64,000 bases of DNA, from contig SLJK01000032.1 in the NCBI GenBank assembly GCA_007135125.1, positions 16,237 through 80,236 of the forward strand. The letters are read 5' to 3'. Positions 56,113 to 64,000 of this stretch are shown here, in pieces. Under the pieces are notes generated by a model. It did not search any database, was not told the DNA's origin, and worked only from the letters and a program-made list of their open reading frames with translations. Both the position numbers and the translations under genes were made by a program. Source of the DNA: Syntrophomonadaceae bacterium. Its GTDB lineage: Bacteria; Bacillota; Dethiobacteria; DTU022; UBA8154. How positions within the stretch are numbered: the first letter of the stretch is position 1; each line of letters starts with the position of its first letter.

Positions 56113-57159
56113 TTAACGATGAACTTGGGCCAGTTTCTGATAGAGTTCTTCTTCCTCGGGACTTATTTCTTGAGGCAGATCTACCACAATCCGTAAATAC
56201 AGGTCTCCCCTGCTTCCATCTTTTTTGGGAAGGCCTTTATCGCGCAGCCTTAGTTTCTGCCCTGTATGACTGCGAGGTGGAATATTGACACGCATAGTTC
56301 CGTCTAATGTGTTAAAGGGCACTTTTTCTCCCAGCGCTGCTTGCCAGGGGTAAACTTTTAGGTCTGCTTCCAGGTCATCTCCTTTTACATTGTAGACTTT
56401 ATGGGGAAGTATTTTTATCTTTAGGTAGAGATCTCCCTGTTCTCCACCGGGCTCGGATTCTCCACCTTGACCTTTAAGGCGAATTTTCTTGCCGTCCCTC
56501 GCATCACGCGGAACTTTCAGCTTGATATTTTTCATCTTGGGGACCTGGCCAGTTCCTCCACAGTAGTTACAGAAGTTTCTTCCTATATGGCCGGCTCCGC
56601 TACATTTATCACAAAGGTCCTGCATGGAAAACTGGATTTGCTTTTCACGCCCATGGTATATTTCCTCCAAAGTAACCTGCAGCTCAGCTTCTACATCTAA
56701 ACCTCGTTGGGGGCGGCGTGTTCTTCCTGCGCCAGTCATGTCTTCTGCATTGAAGCCCGCACCTCCAAAAAAAGCCTCGAAAAAGTCACTGAAACTGCTG
56801 GCTCCGCCACGATCTCCTCCAAAGCTAAAGGTATAATCCTCAAAACCACCTTGCTGGCTTCTTCTTCTGCTATCCGAGGCGCGGAAACCGGAAGAGTCCC
56901 GATAAGCGTTAAAGTCATCACCGTGTTCCCAGTTGGCACCCAGGCGGTTGTATTTTTCTCGTTTTTCCGGGTCGCTGAGCACTTCGTACGCTTCGTTGAT
57001 TGATTTGAATTGCTCTTCCGCTTCCTCTTTTTTCTCGGGTGGCTGGAGATCGGGGTGATGTTTGCGTGCCAGTTTGCGGTAAGCGTTTCGTATATCTTTT
57101 TCAGTTGCGTTACGGTCCAGTCCCAAAACTTTGTAATAATCTTGGTATTTCACTGCCAT
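56113..57159 (-). CDS. cbpA: DnaJ-family co-chaperone (CbpA-like), J-domain plus G/F-rich region plus partial Zn-finger
   Basis: MAVKYQDYYKVLGL…KDIRNAYRKLARKHHPDL (J-domain, HPD), G/F-rich tract, CxxCxGxG x2. ATG 57159 with GGGGTG RBS; the track opens at 57282. Confidence 0.8.
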   Translation of the reverse strand: MAVKYQDYYKVLGLDRNATEKDIRNAYRKLARKHHPDLQPPEKKEEAEEQFKSINEAYEVLSDPEKREKYNRLGANWEHGDDFNAYRDSSGFRASDSRRRSQQGGFEDYTFSFGGDRGGASSFSDFFEAFFGGAGFNAEDMTGAGRTRRPQRGLDVEAELQVTLEEIYHGREKQIQFSMQDLCDKCSGAGHIGRNFCNYCGGTGQVPKMKNIKLKVPRDARDGKKIRLKGQGGESEPGGEQGDLYLKIKILPHKVYNVKGDDLEADLKVYPWQAALGEKVPFNTLDGTMRVNIPPRSHTGQKLRLRDKGLPKKDGSRGDLYLRIVVDLPQEISPEEEELYQKLAQVHR

Positions 57160-57318
57160 TTTATTCACCCCACTTACTATATCCTTTTTGACAGACCCCA
57201 CGATATTATGATTATATAAAAATTGTGCTTCAAAAACAATACTTGCCAGTTTTAGTAAAAATATGCGGGCAACCCTTAGCACATTCCGTTAGTATTCTTT
57301 ATTTACCATCGCAAGCTG

Positions 57319-58671
57319 TTAAAGAGCATATTTTTGTCCCAAGCGTCCGGCCAGAACAACAGGATGCAAGACTGGCCAGAAGGGGGGAGCATAAGAAAGG
57401 TCCATGGTAAAAGCATCTTTAACCGTTTTCTCGTAGGAGATAAGTGCTGCATAAGTGTCTATAGTTTTCACAGCTTCCAGCGGCCCTGCCAGTTGGGCTC
57501 CCAGTATGCGACCGTCCCCACGGTTAACGATCAAGACTGAATACAAGTCTTCAGTTCCAGGGTAGTAGCGTACTTTGGTGCCTGAAGTAAACTCATAGCG
57601 AACAGGGTCAAATCCGCTTTCCCGTGCATCTTCCAGGATGAGGCCTGTGCGGGCGATCCCCAGGTCAAAAAATTTGGTTATGGCGGTTCCTATAATTCCG
57701 GGAAATTGTTCCCTGTTTCCGCAGATATTTAGACCGGATATAAAGCCCTCTTTGTTGGCTTTTGGTGCCAGAGGTACATAAGTAGGCTTACCCGTGATGA
57801 GGTTTGTTCCCTCGGCACAGTCACCTGCTGCATAAATATAATCAAAGTTCGTTTGTAGATAGCGGTTTACTTTTACAGCGCCCTTTATGCCTAGTTCAAT
57901 GGAAGTGTTTTTTAAGAAGTCAGTGTTGGGTTTTACACCGGTAGCTACCAGCACGAAATCATAAAGCAGCTCGTCTGTTTCAGTTGTTACAACTACCCCT
58001 GAATTTACTTCTTCAACTTTTTTTACAGAACTGTTTAAATTAAGCACAATCCCTTTTTGCTGCATTTTGTCCTTGATGAGGTCGGAGATTTTTTGATCAA
58101 AGGTTTTGGCCAGATCTTTTCGCCTGTGAATCAAGTGTGTTTCCAGACCACGCTCTTGGAAAGCTTCCAGCATTTCGACAGCGATATATCCTCCTCCGAT
58201 AACGGCACATTTCCGCGGCTTATTCTTTTCTAGAAAAGCGTTTATCTTCTGCATATCATAAAGGTTTCTAATGGTGAAAACTTTTTTTGAACTAAAAATG
58301 TTTAACCCTTCTGTAATGGGAAGAGTGCCTGTTGCCAGCAGAAGGTACTCAAAAGTTTCTTTTATTTCACCTGTGCTTGATCTTATATGAAGTTCCTTTT
58401 GCACAGGGTCAACACTTATAACCTCATGGTCAAGCCTCAGGTCAATTTTTCTTTCCCGGACAGCCTTTTCCGGACTTAGTTCCAGCAGATCTTCAAAGCG
58501 GGGAACAGTTCCCGCAATATGATACGGCATACCGCATCCTGCAAAGGAGATATACTCTCCTTTTTCCAGCACAATTGCTTCCCACTCCGGTTTTTGCCTT
58601 TTTATCTGGCTGGCAGCAGTCATACCTGCTGCATTTCCTCCCACAATGACTACTTTACTCATATTATCCAC
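57319..58671 (-). CDS. CoA-disulfide reductase / NADH oxidase-family FAD-dependent pyridine nucleotide-disulfide oxidoreductase
   Basis: VVIVGGNAAGMTAA (FAD), …SFAGCGMPY… (single redox-active Cys typical of CoADR/Nox), second Rossmann …AVIGGGYIAVE…. Confidence 0.8.
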   Translation of the reverse strand: MDNMSKVVIVGGNAAGMTAASQIKRQKPEWEAIVLEKGEYISFAGCGMPYHIAGTVPRFEDLLELSPEKAVRERKIDLRLDHEVISVDPVQKELHIRSSTGEIKETFEYLLLATGTLPITEGLNIFSSKKVFTIRNLYDMQKINAFLEKNKPRKCAVIGGGYIAVEMLEAFQERGLETHLIHRRKDLAKTFDQKISDLIKDKMQQKGIVLNLNSSVKKVEEVNSGVVVTTETDELLYDFVLVATGVKPNTDFLKNTSIELGIKGAVKVNRYLQTNFDYIYAAGDCAEGTNLITGKPTYVPLAPKANKEGFISGLNICGNREQFPGIIGTAITKFFDLGIARTGLILEDARESGFDPVRYEFTSGTKVRYYPGTEDLYSVLIVNRGDGRILGAQLAGPLEAVKTIDTYAALISYEKTVKDAFTMDLSYAPPFWPVLHPVVLAGRLGQKYAL

Positions 58672-58807
58672 CTCGGTTTTTGAGATTCAACGGTTTTAAT
58701 TAAAGGAGCAATGTGCTATTTGTGAATATTATATTGTAAAGTATAGCAGTAATTACCATTGAGTTCAACCTGCTTAATAGAGTTTCTCCACCTTGAGTTG
58801 GAAATCG

Positions 58808-58836
58808 TTGACACTTATAAGTGAGTAGGATAAGAT
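58808..58836 (+). promoter_or_regulatory. sigma-A promoter upstream of ferritin
   Basis: TTGACA, a 17-nt spacer, then TAAGAT. Confidence 0.4.
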
Positions 58837-58866
58837 AAACACAACAAATTCTAAGGGGGTAGTGAC

Positions 58867-59376
58867 ATGTTATCTGATAAGCTGCAAAGCGAATTAAATG
58901 AACAGATCAAGTATGAATTTTTTTCAGCTAATTATTACCTGGCTATGGCTGCGTATTGTGCAGCAGAAGGATTTAACGGGTTTGCCAATTTTTTTATAGT
59001 CCAGGCAGAAGAGGAGCGCTTTCATGCCATGAAATTTTTTAATTTTATTAATGAAATGGATGGAAGAGCCCTTATGAAAGCTATGGATGAGCCCAAAAAT
59101 GAATATAGCTCCTTGGAAGAGATCTTTACACTGGCATTTAAGCATGAAAAATTTGTTACAGGCAGGATTTACTCCTTGATGGACCTGGCCATCGAAGAGA
59201 AAGAGCATGCAACTATCAGCTTTTTGAGATGGTTTGTTGATGAGCAAGTAGAAGAGGAGGCCTCCATGAGCGATCTTTTAAATAAAGTAAAACGGTTAGG
59301 TGAAAAAGGAGAAGGTATCTATATGCTTGACAAAGAGCTTTCACAAAGGACTTTTACGGCTCCCTCCGCAGAATAA
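58867..59376 (+). CDS. ftn: non-heme ferritin
   Basis: …EQIKYEFFSANYYLAMAAY…QAEEERFHAMKF… carries the ferroxidase-centre Glu/His ligands of bacterial Ftn. Confidence 0.9.
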   Translation: MLSDKLQSELNEQIKYEFFSANYYLAMAAYCAAEGFNGFANFFIVQAEEERFHAMKFFNFINEMDGRALMKAMDEPKNEYSSLEEIFTLAFKHEKFVTGRIYSLMDLAIEEKEHATISFLRWFVDEQVEEEASMSDLLNKVKRLGEKGEGIYMLDKELSQRTFTAPSAE

Positions 59377-59429
59377 TAGAGTTTATAATGTTAAGCATTC
59401 CACATTATAAAATTATATTCCATAATATA

Positions 59430-59459
59430 TTGACAGGTTTAATTTCTGTTGCTATAATA
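59430..59459 (+). promoter_or_regulatory. sigma-A promoter of the glutamate-synthase-like operon leader
   Basis: TTGACA, an 18-nt spacer, then TATAAT. Confidence 0.4.
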
Positions 59460-59567
59460 ATGATTACAGATTACAAAAGTACTGCTTTTTTCTTAAATTT
59501 CGGGCAGTTACGTTAATTTTAGATGGTGGAATGTAACTTTTCAGTTATAAAGTGATGCGGGCAAAGG

Positions 59568-59612
59568 CGCCCAACAGAGGCTGTTACTTGTGGCCCTGGT
59601 GGGCGTTTTTTT
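59568..59612 (+). terminator. intrinsic terminator inside the 5' leader (candidate attenuator)
   Basis: CGCCCAACAG / CTGGTGGGCG (9/10 bp) with an 18-nt loop, followed by T7. It lies about 110 nt downstream of the promoter -10 and 45 nt upstream of the ATG at 59657. Confidence 0.5.
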
Positions 59613-59656
59613 ATATACTCTTATTGATCAAATAATTGCGCAAGGGGTGATGGGGG

Positions 59657-60796
59657 ATGTGTGGAATCGCCGGGCTTATCAGCCGAAAAAAAGTAAAAGA
59701 AAACGGAAACCGCATCAGAAAAGCTATCGTGCTGCAGAACGACCGGGGAAATGGGCTGGGGGCCGGTTATGCAGCGTACGGCATTTATCCTGAATATGCC
59801 GAGCTTTATGCACTGCATGTTATGGCGGATAACTATTCCTCCATACTGGAAGTAAAGGAGTATTTGCAGCGTTACTTTGAAGTGCATATTATGGAAGATA
59901 TTCCCCTATGGAACAAGAAAATTGTCAACCATCCGTTGTGTAAACGTTTCTTTGTTAAGCCCCAAAGTTCACTTTTAACAGAATCTGTTGAAGAAATAAA
60001 TGAAGATGGCTTTACCATCGAGAAGGTTATGGAATTAAATGGTTCTTTTGATAACGCTTTTATTTTTTCTAGCGGGAAGAATATGGGGGTTTTCAAGGGA
60101 GTGGGAACTCCTGCAGATATTTATGATTTTTTCTGCCTGGATGATTACGAGGGCTATATTTGGTTGGCTCATAATCGCTTTCCTACTAATACTCCAGGTT
60201 GGTGGGGAGGGGCCCACCCTTTCAATTTGTTGAGATATTCCATAGTCCATAATGGAGAAATTTCTTCTTATGGGATTAACAAGCGCTATCTGGAAAGTTT
60301 CGGGTATGTATGCCGTATGCAGACAGACAGCGAAGTAGTTGCCTATCTATTGGACCTGCTGATTAGACGTCATGGCCTATCTGTTCACGAGGCAGCCACG
60401 GTTTTGGCGCCACCTTATTGGACAAGTATAGGGAGATTGGAAGATGAAGAGTCGCGTGACCGTAGGTTGGCTTTAAAGGTTGTCTATGAATCCGCTATGC
60501 TTAATGGACCTTTTGCTATATTAGCAGCTTTTGACAACGGCATGATAAGCTTGACAGATAACACCAAACTGCGCCCCATGACGGTAGCTGCAGAAGGAGA
60601 ATACAGTTATTATGCAAGCGAGGTTTCAGCTCTTTATGAGATGGAAGAAAATCCTACCCATGTTTATACCCCCCGGGCAGGCCAATCCCATGCGGTTTTT
60701 TTAGATGAAGCCAGTGGAAACGGGGGCAAGAAATCTTATCCTAACGAAAACGAAAATTTTTCGGCATCACCAGCAAAAGGAGGTAGCAAGGGATGA
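59657..60796 (+). CDS. class-II (Ntn) glutamine amidotransferase domain protein, archaeal-type GltB N-domain
   Basis: MCGIAGL… (Cys1 nucleophile directly after Met), …AHNRFPTNT…, …HNGEI… are GATase-2 hallmarks. Confidence 0.85.
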   Translation: MCGIAGLISRKKVKENGNRIRKAIVLQNDRGNGLGAGYAAYGIYPEYAELYALHVMADNYSSILEVKEYLQRYFEVHIMEDIPLWNKKIVNHPLCKRFFVKPQSSLLTESVEEINEDGFTIEKVMELNGSFDNAFIFSSGKNMGVFKGVGTPADIYDFFCLDDYEGYIWLAHNRFPTNTPGWWGGAHPFNLLRYSIVHNGEISSYGINKRYLESFGYVCRMQTDSEVVAYLLDLLIRRHGLSVHEAATVLAPPYWTSIGRLEDEESRDRRLALKVVYESAMLNGPFAILAAFDNGMISLTDNTKLRPMTVAAEGEYSYYASEVSALYEMEENPTHVYTPRAGQSHAVFLDEASGNGGKKSYPNENENFSASPAKGGSKG

Positions 60797-62313
60797 ACAA
60801 TTCAGGTAGCATTCCATCTCCAGGCTTGCGGTCAATTTTTCGTCCCCGTTTCAACATGGACCTTTGTGATGGATGTGGTATATGTGCCCAGGAATGCTCT
60901 TTCAACGAGATACGCATGGAAACCAGGGGAGGCAAAAAAATCCCTATGGCCAACAGTTCTTCCTGTGGGGCATGTCATCGTTGTGAATATACCTGCCCAA
61001 GGAATGCTATAACTATTGAAGAGAACAATTTGCACCTCAGGTCTCACGGGGTATGGGATAGAAATGCTGTCCAGCGTGTACACCTGCAGTCTACTTCCGG
61101 GTCGGTGGTGCTTACTGGGTTGGGGGCTGATACGGATATTCCGGTTTATTTTGATCGCTTGCTTTTCAACGCTTGCCAGGTAACCAACCCTTCCATAGAT
61201 CCACAACGTGAACCTATGGAAACCGTTACCTACTTGGGACAGAAATATCAAGCTATTGGTGAGATAGATGATCTTAGAAGTTTCCATAATTCCCTGATTC
61301 GCTTGAGTTTGCCCCTGGTCTTTGCCCCCATGTCCTATGGGAGCGTTAATTTAAACCTGCAATTGGCCATGGCCCGTGTTGCGAAAAAGAAGAATATGCT
61401 TTGGTATTCCGGGGAAGGAGGCCTGCATAAGGAACTACTTCCCTATAGCGATTACGCGGTTTTGCAGGTAGCTTCGGGCCGTTTTGGAGTAAGTCCGGAA
61501 TATTTACAGGCAGGCCGGGCCTACCAGATAAAGATAGGGCAGGGAGCCAAACCGGGGATTGGAGGTCATCTGCCGGGAGAAAAGGTTTTGGAGGGTATTT
61601 CAGAAACCAGGATGATTCCTTTGGGCAGTGATGCCATATCTCCGGCTCCTCAGCATGATATCTATTCCATTGAGGATCTGCGCCTGCTGATATATGCCCT
61701 CAAGGAAGCCAGCGGCTATAAGCCGGTATGTGTAAAGATTGCTGCGGTGCACAACGTTGCTGCCATTGCAAGCGGGATCGTTAGGGCCGGGGCTGACATG
61801 GTCTACCTGGACGGCTACCGGGGTGGCAGCGGGGCTACTCCTGCGATAGTCAGAGATAATGTTGGCATTCCTATAGAGCTGGCGCTGGCTGCTGTAGACC
61901 AACGCTTAAGAGAAGAAAGGATAAGGCACCAGGCTTCCCTTGTGGTAGCCGGCGGTATTCGCAGCAGTGCAGATGTTATGAAAGCTATTGCCCTGGGGGC
62001 AGATGCGGTAGCAATTGGGACAGCCTGTTTGATAGCCTGTGGCTGTCATGTTTGCCAGAGGTGCAGCAGCGGCAAGTGTCCCTGGGGAATCACCACGAAT
62101 GATCCGGTGCTTTCTAAGCGGCTGGATGTGGACTGGGCTGAAGAGAGGCTAACCAACCTGGTAGAAGGATGGCACCACGAAATGCAAGAAATCATGGGGC
62201 TAAATGGTATTTATGATATAGGCTCTTTTAGAGGCAACAGATTGATTTTGGAGGGGGTGGATCTACATGACCGAGAACTATCTGTCCTTGGGGTCAAACA
62301 CGCCGGTGAATAA
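60793..62313 (+). CDS. glutamate-synthase central (FMN-binding) domain protein with N-terminal 2x[4Fe-4S] ferredoxin
   Basis: CDGCGICAQEC…CGACHRCEYTCP, then a GltS FMN domain (…GEGG…, …IKIGQGAKPGIGGHLPG…, …YLDGYRGGSGA…, …AGGIRSSADV…). Confidence 0.85.
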   Translation: MNNSGSIPSPGLRSIFRPRFNMDLCDGCGICAQECSFNEIRMETRGGKKIPMANSSSCGACHRCEYTCPRNAITIEENNLHLRSHGVWDRNAVQRVHLQSTSGSVVLTGLGADTDIPVYFDRLLFNACQVTNPSIDPQREPMETVTYLGQKYQAIGEIDDLRSFHNSLIRLSLPLVFAPMSYGSVNLNLQLAMARVAKKKNMLWYSGEGGLHKELLPYSDYAVLQVASGRFGVSPEYLQAGRAYQIKIGQGAKPGIGGHLPGEKVLEGISETRMIPLGSDAISPAPQHDIYSIEDLRLLIYALKEASGYKPVCVKIAAVHNVAAIASGIVRAGADMVYLDGYRGGSGATPAIVRDNVGIPIELALAAVDQRLREERIRHQASLVVAGGIRSSADVMKAIALGADAVAIGTACLIACGCHVCQRCSSGKCPWGITTNDPVLSKRLDVDWAEERLTNLVEGWHHEMQEIMGLNGIYDIGSFRGNRLILEGVDLHDRELSVLGVKHAGE

Positions 62314-64000
62314 TGAAAAACAACAAAGAAAAACAGTAGAAATAGATGCCAGGGAGCTCTACTATAAAGAACTGAACAACCAGATCCGTGAATTGGCCCG
62401 GCAGGGTGTGCGCCATATTATTTTAAAAAATGTGCGCGGTCAACGGTACCTGGGTTCCGCCCTGACTTATGAAGATCTTTACCTTGAGATCTACGGTATC
62501 CCGGGAGAGGACCTTGGTTTTAATTTAAATGGTCCGACTTTGGAGGTATACGGTCATGCCCAGAATGCTGCTGCCAATACTATGGATAGTGGCAAAATAA
62601 TTGTTCACGGGTTGGGTGGAGATGCCCTGGCCTATGGTATGAGAGGTGGCACTCTTTTTATTAGAGATGATGTGGGGTATCGGGTAGGAATTCACATGAA
62701 AGAGTATCAACACAAAATTCCCGCTGTTGTTATCGGAGGCACGGCGGGTGATTATCTGGGAGAATACATGGCCGGAGGCACGATTTTGCTGCTCAACAGA
62801 GAGAATCGTGAGGATATGATCGTTGGCAGTTCTGAGAAGACCCTGGCGACCGGTATTCATGGAGGAGCAATGTATATCTTTGCTACTAAAATACCTGAGT
62901 ACATGTTGGGTATAGGGGCCTGTTTAGTGCCGCCGGAAGAAGCAGACCGGGAAAAGGTGGAACCCCTGGTGCAGGAATATTGCAGGTATTTTCAGATAGA
63001 GCAAGATTCCCTCCTAAATAGAGAGCTGCTTAAAATTGTAGCAGTAGGAAGCCGACCTTTTGCCCGTTTTTATTTCCCCTCCTATCCTTTTAACACGGGA
63101 CAGAAGCCGGAACATTTCCAGAAAACTTCTCCCTGCGAGTATAATTGCCCTGCGGGGGTTCCCACCGGCAGATTTTTGGGTCATCTTCGCCAGGGAGAGA
63201 TAAAAGAAGCTATTAGGCTTTTAGATGAAGTTACTCCGCTTCGCTACAGCTGCTGTGGCTTTATCTGCCCCCACCTTTGCCTGGAGAGCTGTACCAGGCG
63301 CCAGGTTGATTTTCCCGTTCGTACCGCTGAGTTGGCCAGGCATTTCAAAAGTGATCTGGATGTAGAGCTGGTAAGCGCCCCAAAATCAGAAAAGATTGCA
63401 GTTATCGGTGCGGGACCGGCAGGTTTAAGCTCGGCCTACCAGTTGGCTCGCCGTGGTTATAAGGTGACAGTTTTTGATGAAGGGAAGCGTCCTGGAGGGA
63501 AACTTTTCCAGGCAATTTCTCGCACCAGGCTGCCCCTGGAAGACCTTGAACATGATTTGCAGAGGATTGCCAAGCTGGGAGTGGAATTTGTCATGAATAC
63601 CCATATAGATTTTAAAGCCATGCATAAGCTGCTGCATGACTATAACCATGTCATCGTAGCTGTAGGTGCCCATAAATCGATACTTCCTCCCATTAAGGGG
63701 AAGGAACACCTTTGGCCGGGCTTGGATTTTTTGAAAAAATTTAACTTGCGCCCTTCCGCCCAGGTGCTGGCTTTGCCGGAGAAAGGTGATAAAATAGTGG
63801 TTATAGGTGGTGGTGATGCTGCCATTGATGGACTGGAAGCTCTTTTTGAGTTAGGAGTGTTAGGAAAGGATATCACTGTTTTAGATATTCAGAAGCCTTC
63901 TGCTCACCCGGAAGAACGCCGCAAAATGGAAGCCAGAGGAGTTTCTTTTATCTATCCCCGCTTTATGCAGGAAGCCGCATCTGACGGTGCTTTGGTAAGA
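62267..64000 (+). CDS. GltB C-terminal (GXGXG) domain fused to GltD-like FAD/NAD(P)-binding oxidoreductase; 3' end beyond window (absent from ORF track)
   Basis: Frame 2 is open from 62246 to the window end: …IVHGLGGDALAYGMRGGTLFIRDDVGYRVGIHMK…VIGGTAGDYLGEYMAGG… (GXGXG), then Cys-rich linker …CPAG…CCGFICPHLC…, then …IAVIGAGPAGLSSAYQLARRGYKVTVFDEGKRPGGK… (GltD-like). The start ATG 62267 (RBS GGAGGGGG) is uncertain; GTG 62306 is an alternative. Confidence 0.7.
   Translation, partial: MTENYLSLGSNTPVNNEKQQRKTVEIDARELYYKELNNQIRELARQGVRHIILKNVRGQRYLGSALTYEDLYLEIYGIPGEDLGFNLNGPTLEVYGHAQNAAANTMDSGKIIVHGLGGDALAYGMRGGTLFIRDDVGYRVGIHMKEYQHKIPAVVIGGTAGDYLGEYMAGGTILLLNRENREDMIVGSSEKTLATGIHGGAMYIFATKIPEYMLGIGACLVPPEEADREKVEPLVQEYCRYFQIEQDSLLNRELLKIVAVGSRPFARFYFPSYPFNTGQKPEHFQKTSPCEYNCPAGVPTGRFLGHLRQGEIKEAIRLLDEVTPLRYSCCGFICPHLCLESCTRRQVDFPVRTAELARHFKSDLDVELVSAPKSEKIAVIGAGPAGLSSAYQLARRGYKVTVFDEGKRPGGKLFQAISRTRLPLEDLEHDLQRIAKLGVEFVMNTHIDFKAMHKLLHDYNHVIVAVGAHKSILPPIKGKEHLWPGLDFLKKFNLRPSAQVLALPEKGDKIVVIGGGDAAIDGLEALFELGVLGKDITVLDIQKPSAHPEERRKMEARGVSFIYPRFMQEAASDGALVR

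Noticed and set aside
60832-61287. 151-aa minus-strand ORF
   Set aside because: It is antisense within the glutamate-synthase FMN-domain gene.
62525-62860. 111-aa minus-strand ORF
   Set aside because: It is antisense to a continuous plus-strand frame encoding a clear GltB GXGXG domain, so it is spurious.

Overview
The window is a 64-kb chromosomal segment with the hallmarks of an anaerobic, spore-forming Firmicutes genome (Clostridia/Peptococcaceae-like), at roughly mid-40s % GC.

Hallmarks supporting that assignment:
- a tsaE-tsaB-rimI-tsaD operon
- an Rrf2 regulator next to a NifS-like desulfurase
- DegV
- a GerMN-domain anti-sigma factor
- a selenocysteine formate dehydrogenase
- a type-III (archaeal/eukaryotic-like) ProRS
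- Shine-Dalgarno AGGAGG-type ribosome-binding sites with frequent 4-nt ATGA gene overlaps

I call about 55 protein genes, two tRNA-Arg genes, and several promoters and terminators.

Housekeeping genes present: hisC, the t6A operon, murC, cysK, ltaE, proS, ferritin and cbpA/cbpM. They are interleaved with anaerobic accessory metabolism:
- The most striking element is a cluster of three UbiD-family (de)carboxylase paralogs with a KdsC-like HAD phosphatase, an 85-aa coupled small subunit, UbiX, a NUDIX hydrolase and a GAF-PucR regulator. Its subunit inventory matches phenylphosphate carboxylase (PpcABCD-like), or a related prFMN-dependent aromatic carboxylase.
- A BadA/HbaA-type aromatic acid-CoA ligase is co-transcribed with an HD hydrolase.
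- A TRAP transporter has tandem-duplicated DctP binding proteins flanking dctQM.
- Thiolase, SDR and crotonase genes are present.
- An FdsGBA-like NAD-linked formate dehydrogenase has an in-frame UGA (Sec) and a downstream SECIS-like hairpin.
- A split 'archaeal-type' glutamate synthase has its GXGXG domain fused to a GltD-like flavoprotein. This fused ORF runs off the window and is absent from the ORF track.

Other notable observations:
- a four-box DnaA-box cluster immediately downstream of tsaD (gcp), analogous to the B. subtilis gcp-ydiF DnaA-box cluster
- an ECF sigma/anti-sigma pair with an extracytoplasmic GerMN domain
- a cysK / ThiF-like / cysteine desulfurase / 3-Cys Rrf2 sulfur module
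- an unlisted Cys-rich 59-aa ORF between the diaphorase genes of the formate dehydrogenase operon
- a promoter-plus-terminator leader upstream of the glutamate-synthase-like operon

All calls are from reading the sequence and translations by eye. No database searches were run.
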